From Selaginella moellendorffii (Eukaryota; Plantae; Lycopodiophyta), in NCBI RefSeq assembly GCF_000143415.4, contig NW_003314279.1:62001-126000 (forward strand): a stretch of DNA of 64,000 nucleotides. Reading direction: 5' to 3'. This document shows positions 61,570 to 64,000 of the stretch, piece after piece (within the stretch, counting starts at the first letter, position 1; every line of letters begins with the position of its first letter). Made by a program: the position numbers and the translations under genes. Under the pieces are notes generated by a model that was given only the letters and a program-made list of their open reading frames with translations, had not been told where the DNA came from and ran no database searches.

Positions 61570-62292
61570 TCACACATCGATGATCTGGAGCTCCTTGCTG
61601 CTGCTCATGGACGATCCATCACAACTGGGGCACTGGATCTTCCCCTGCCCCTTGCACGCCCGGCATTTGGGCCCCGAATTCCGCTCCTTGAGGTCGGAGA
61701 ACTCGGATCGCTGGAGCCACCCCATGCTCCAAAGCTTGCGATCCTGGAAATTTGGGAGAAGATGAAAAAAAAAACCAAGAATTCGATGGAGAAATCCTAT
61801 TCTTACCCGGAGATTTTGCGCATTCACCCACAGCTGGGTGGTGGTGTCACAAGTGGCCACCATTTGGACGAACCATTCCTTGTCGCTCATCCGCTGCTTG
61901 GCTCGAGCTTCGTAGTGGCGCCATCCAAAAGTGCGCTCCATGGCTGTCCATTTGGATCCTGGAGACTCGAGACAAAGATTGGCAACAAGATCGATCACAC
62001 CCAATTCACTCACCGACAACGCGGGCCATGTCGACGGGATTTTTGCGGTGGTATCCTCCCAACGCGAGCGTGCCTCGGCCCTCGCATTGCTCGCATGCCA
62101 TCTCTCCATAGCCTACAAGTCTCGGTTTTGAAGGTGAACTGGCCGGAAATAATTCATACCTTTGCAACATCGGCAGGGGAGTGGAGGATACGCATCACTG
62201 AGCGGTTTCACAAATTGCGAGCAAGATTTTTGGTTGCTGCTGCTACAGGACCTGATAGGAACAAGCGACCAGCAGGACCTCAAGCTCTTCAT
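61570..62292 (-). CDS. DnaJ-type zinc-finger protein with inserted TIGR02450/DUF2389-like Trp-rich domain, 4 exons, putatively plastid-targeted
   Basis: Exons 62160-62292, 62014-62112, 61807-61958 and 61570-61743 splice to 185 aa: CRCCKGYG..CEQCEGRG..'GSKWTAMERTFGWRHY..VQMVATCD..WVNAQNLRDRKLWSMGW'..CRACKGQG..CPSCDG. Confidence 0.8.
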
Positions 62293-62474
62293 CAGAAGTC
62301 CTCTCTTTCACACGATATTTTTCTCTGTATTAGTTACTTATATGATATAATAGTGGCAAGATTGGAAGTGTTTTAGCGTGCTTACAGCTCTTACACCACA
62401 ATTCACACAACAGACCAGTACTAACACAATGTAACAAATGAGAGTGTCTTCCGAAAAACAACTATTTCATAAAA

Positions 62475-63570
62475 CTAGACGGTCATTGCCTGGAGGAGGG
62501 AATACACATTTGGGTACTGCTTCCGAGCAGGATCCCGAATACCATACTTAGGCTCGGCCTGGCATTCGTTTTCCAGTCCGCCGGGTTGTTCCTTGGCCTT
62601 TTTCAAGAGTTTCTGCTTCTCTTGGGGAAGGGTCTTAAGTTTCCCCTTGGAAGTTCATGGGTTTCTCGAGTTTGTGCACGGTTGTTCTTGAACTCTAGAC
62701 TGTGCCCTTCGCTTCTACATGTACTGCATGAAGATAGTTGGTGCAAAAAGATCCATGGCAAACATAGCCCTTGAGCACAGATGCGGGATCTCTAAGCTTC
62801 TCTACCTCCCCTGCGTACCTGTTCTTGGTGTAGTCTCGGATGCATTCAAAGGGCTCAGCTGTCCTGAAGTTAAGCAGGACCATTTCCCAGTCTCTCTTTT
62901 CGTCCAGGTACCTCTCCAGGCTTAGTTCTTCGGCTGCAGAGTCTTGTTCATCTCCCGTATCCAGGTTCTGGAAACGTCTCTTGTAGACGACTGGCGGTGT
63001 GATGCCTTCGATGTACTCTTTACAGGCCTTGTCTAGGAAGAACAGGTGCTTGTCAGCATAAAGAGTAACATCCGCTTCACGTTCAGGATGCTGTTGAAGC
63101 ATCTTGCCGAGGAGGGTCTCTTGCAGGTACTCGTCCTGCACATATAAGCAACGTATGGCAGGAGAACTGGGATGTCCTGCGCATCAACAGCTTCAGGCGA
63201 CAAGGCCTTAACGACAAAGTCAGAGTAGCGCTCGAGGGCAGTCATCGGAGTGCGTTCTGAACGATCCCGGCGCAATGCATCTAACTTCTCTTGGCACAGT
63301 AATGTAATCCCCGGCCGCTCTCCTGTCCAACAAGAATTCGGCAACGTCCGCGGGAGAAGAGATGTCTAGAATCGTCTCAATGACGTCTTCGTCAGCGTCG
63401 CAGAATGTAAAAATAAGAAACTCTCGATCCTGGCGTCGGAGATCCTGCTGAGCATCGAAGTGCCAGATGCAAATTATCCTCTCATGCTTAGATAAGCGGC
63501 AAATGAGCTCAATCGCAAGCGCGCGCAGGAGGTAGCTCTTGCTGCGTCTTCTTCCTGTTCGAAGGCAATC
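62475..63570 (-). pseudogene. Frameshifted unknown coding sequence (lineage-specific family or relic)
   Basis: Consecutive protein-like segments lie in different frames (63033-63344 then 62695-63141, switching near 63140). No family recognised. Confidence 0.4.
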
Positions 63571-63590
63571 TTCTTGAGGAGGGAACCATA

Positions 63591-63712
63591 CTGTTCTTTT
63601 TCTTGTCAGGTGGTGTTCACAAAGAGCCGGCAGAAGGCCATCGATTCGAAGCTGGGAAGGCTGAACGTGTCACAAGCTTTCGTAACGGTCATTGGACTTC
63701 AATCGCTTCGTT
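63591..63712 (+). pseudogene. ZDP duplicate fragment with deletions
   Basis: Near-identical to about 56685-56788 and then about 57210-57262, with a 27-bp and a roughly 420-bp deletion. Confidence 0.88.
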
Positions 63713-64000
63713 CTAGGTTACAATGGTGTTCATTTGTTCTTGGGTTTCTTCGTCAACCTTTACTGCGTCCTCGTACTTTATTTCTTCCCATGAACAGGAG
63801 AATCTCCACACCGACACACAGTTCTCCAGCTCTGTGGCATCAAACTATACCATCAGCAATGCGATAGATAGATGGTTTTGGAAGTAATTGCCTGTTAGAA
63901 TCTGCGGTGGCTCTTCGTCATCGTCTTTGTCCTCGCTAGTACTAAACCTCCGAGCGCCAGAAGTTGAAGCAGCCAGGGGAAGTGTGGGATGGAAGGAAAA
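63713..64000 (-). CDS. WRAP53: WRAP53/TCAB1 (telomerase Cajal body protein 1), last two exons, apparently intact (5' part beyond window)
   Basis: 'FSFHPTLPLAASTSGARRF..EEPPQILT|ELENCVSVWRFS..TIVT*' is open across a 60-nt GC-AG intron (63832-63891). Confidence 0.75.

Noticed and set aside
61543-62376. 277-aa + strand ORF
   Set aside because: Antisense to the spliced DnaJ-zinc-finger gene, which has canonical introns and clear motifs.

Overview
This is eukaryotic nuclear DNA from a very gene-dense land-plant genome, with most introns about 45-80 nt and intergenic gaps often under 150 bp. Many intronless PLS-class PPR genes plus retained cilia genes (DNAAF4, CFAP91-like) point to a plant with flagellated sperm, most likely the lycophyte Selaginella (inference from gene content, no database search). 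Recognisable content: 5 PLS/E-type PPR genes, CDC6, MCM10, a USP protein, TMEM186-like, plastid PGK, VPS28, a GT37 fucosyltransferase, DNAAF4, a TDIF-like CLE precursor, an AHK5-like histidine kinase, an RLCK-VI kinase, a phytolongin, a REC/CLU-family TPR protein, an ATL RING-H2 ligase, an nsLTP, TLP8-like tubby, tRNA-Glu(UUC), ZDP-like 3'-phosphatase, an LRR-RLP relic and WRAP53/TCAB1 copies. Best leads: (1) a DnaJ-type zinc-finger protein with a cyanobacterial-type Trp-rich (TIGR02450/DUF2389-like) domain inserted into the finger; (2) a three-copy ZDP/WRAP53/DnaJ-like block in which each gene appears intact in a different copy; (3) an orphan, probably lipid-anchored, beta-rich protein inside that block; (4) a tRNA with a tandem duplication of its own 3' end; (5) an nsLTP with a compensating double frameshift. 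All gene models were spliced by eye, so exon boundaries are approximate.
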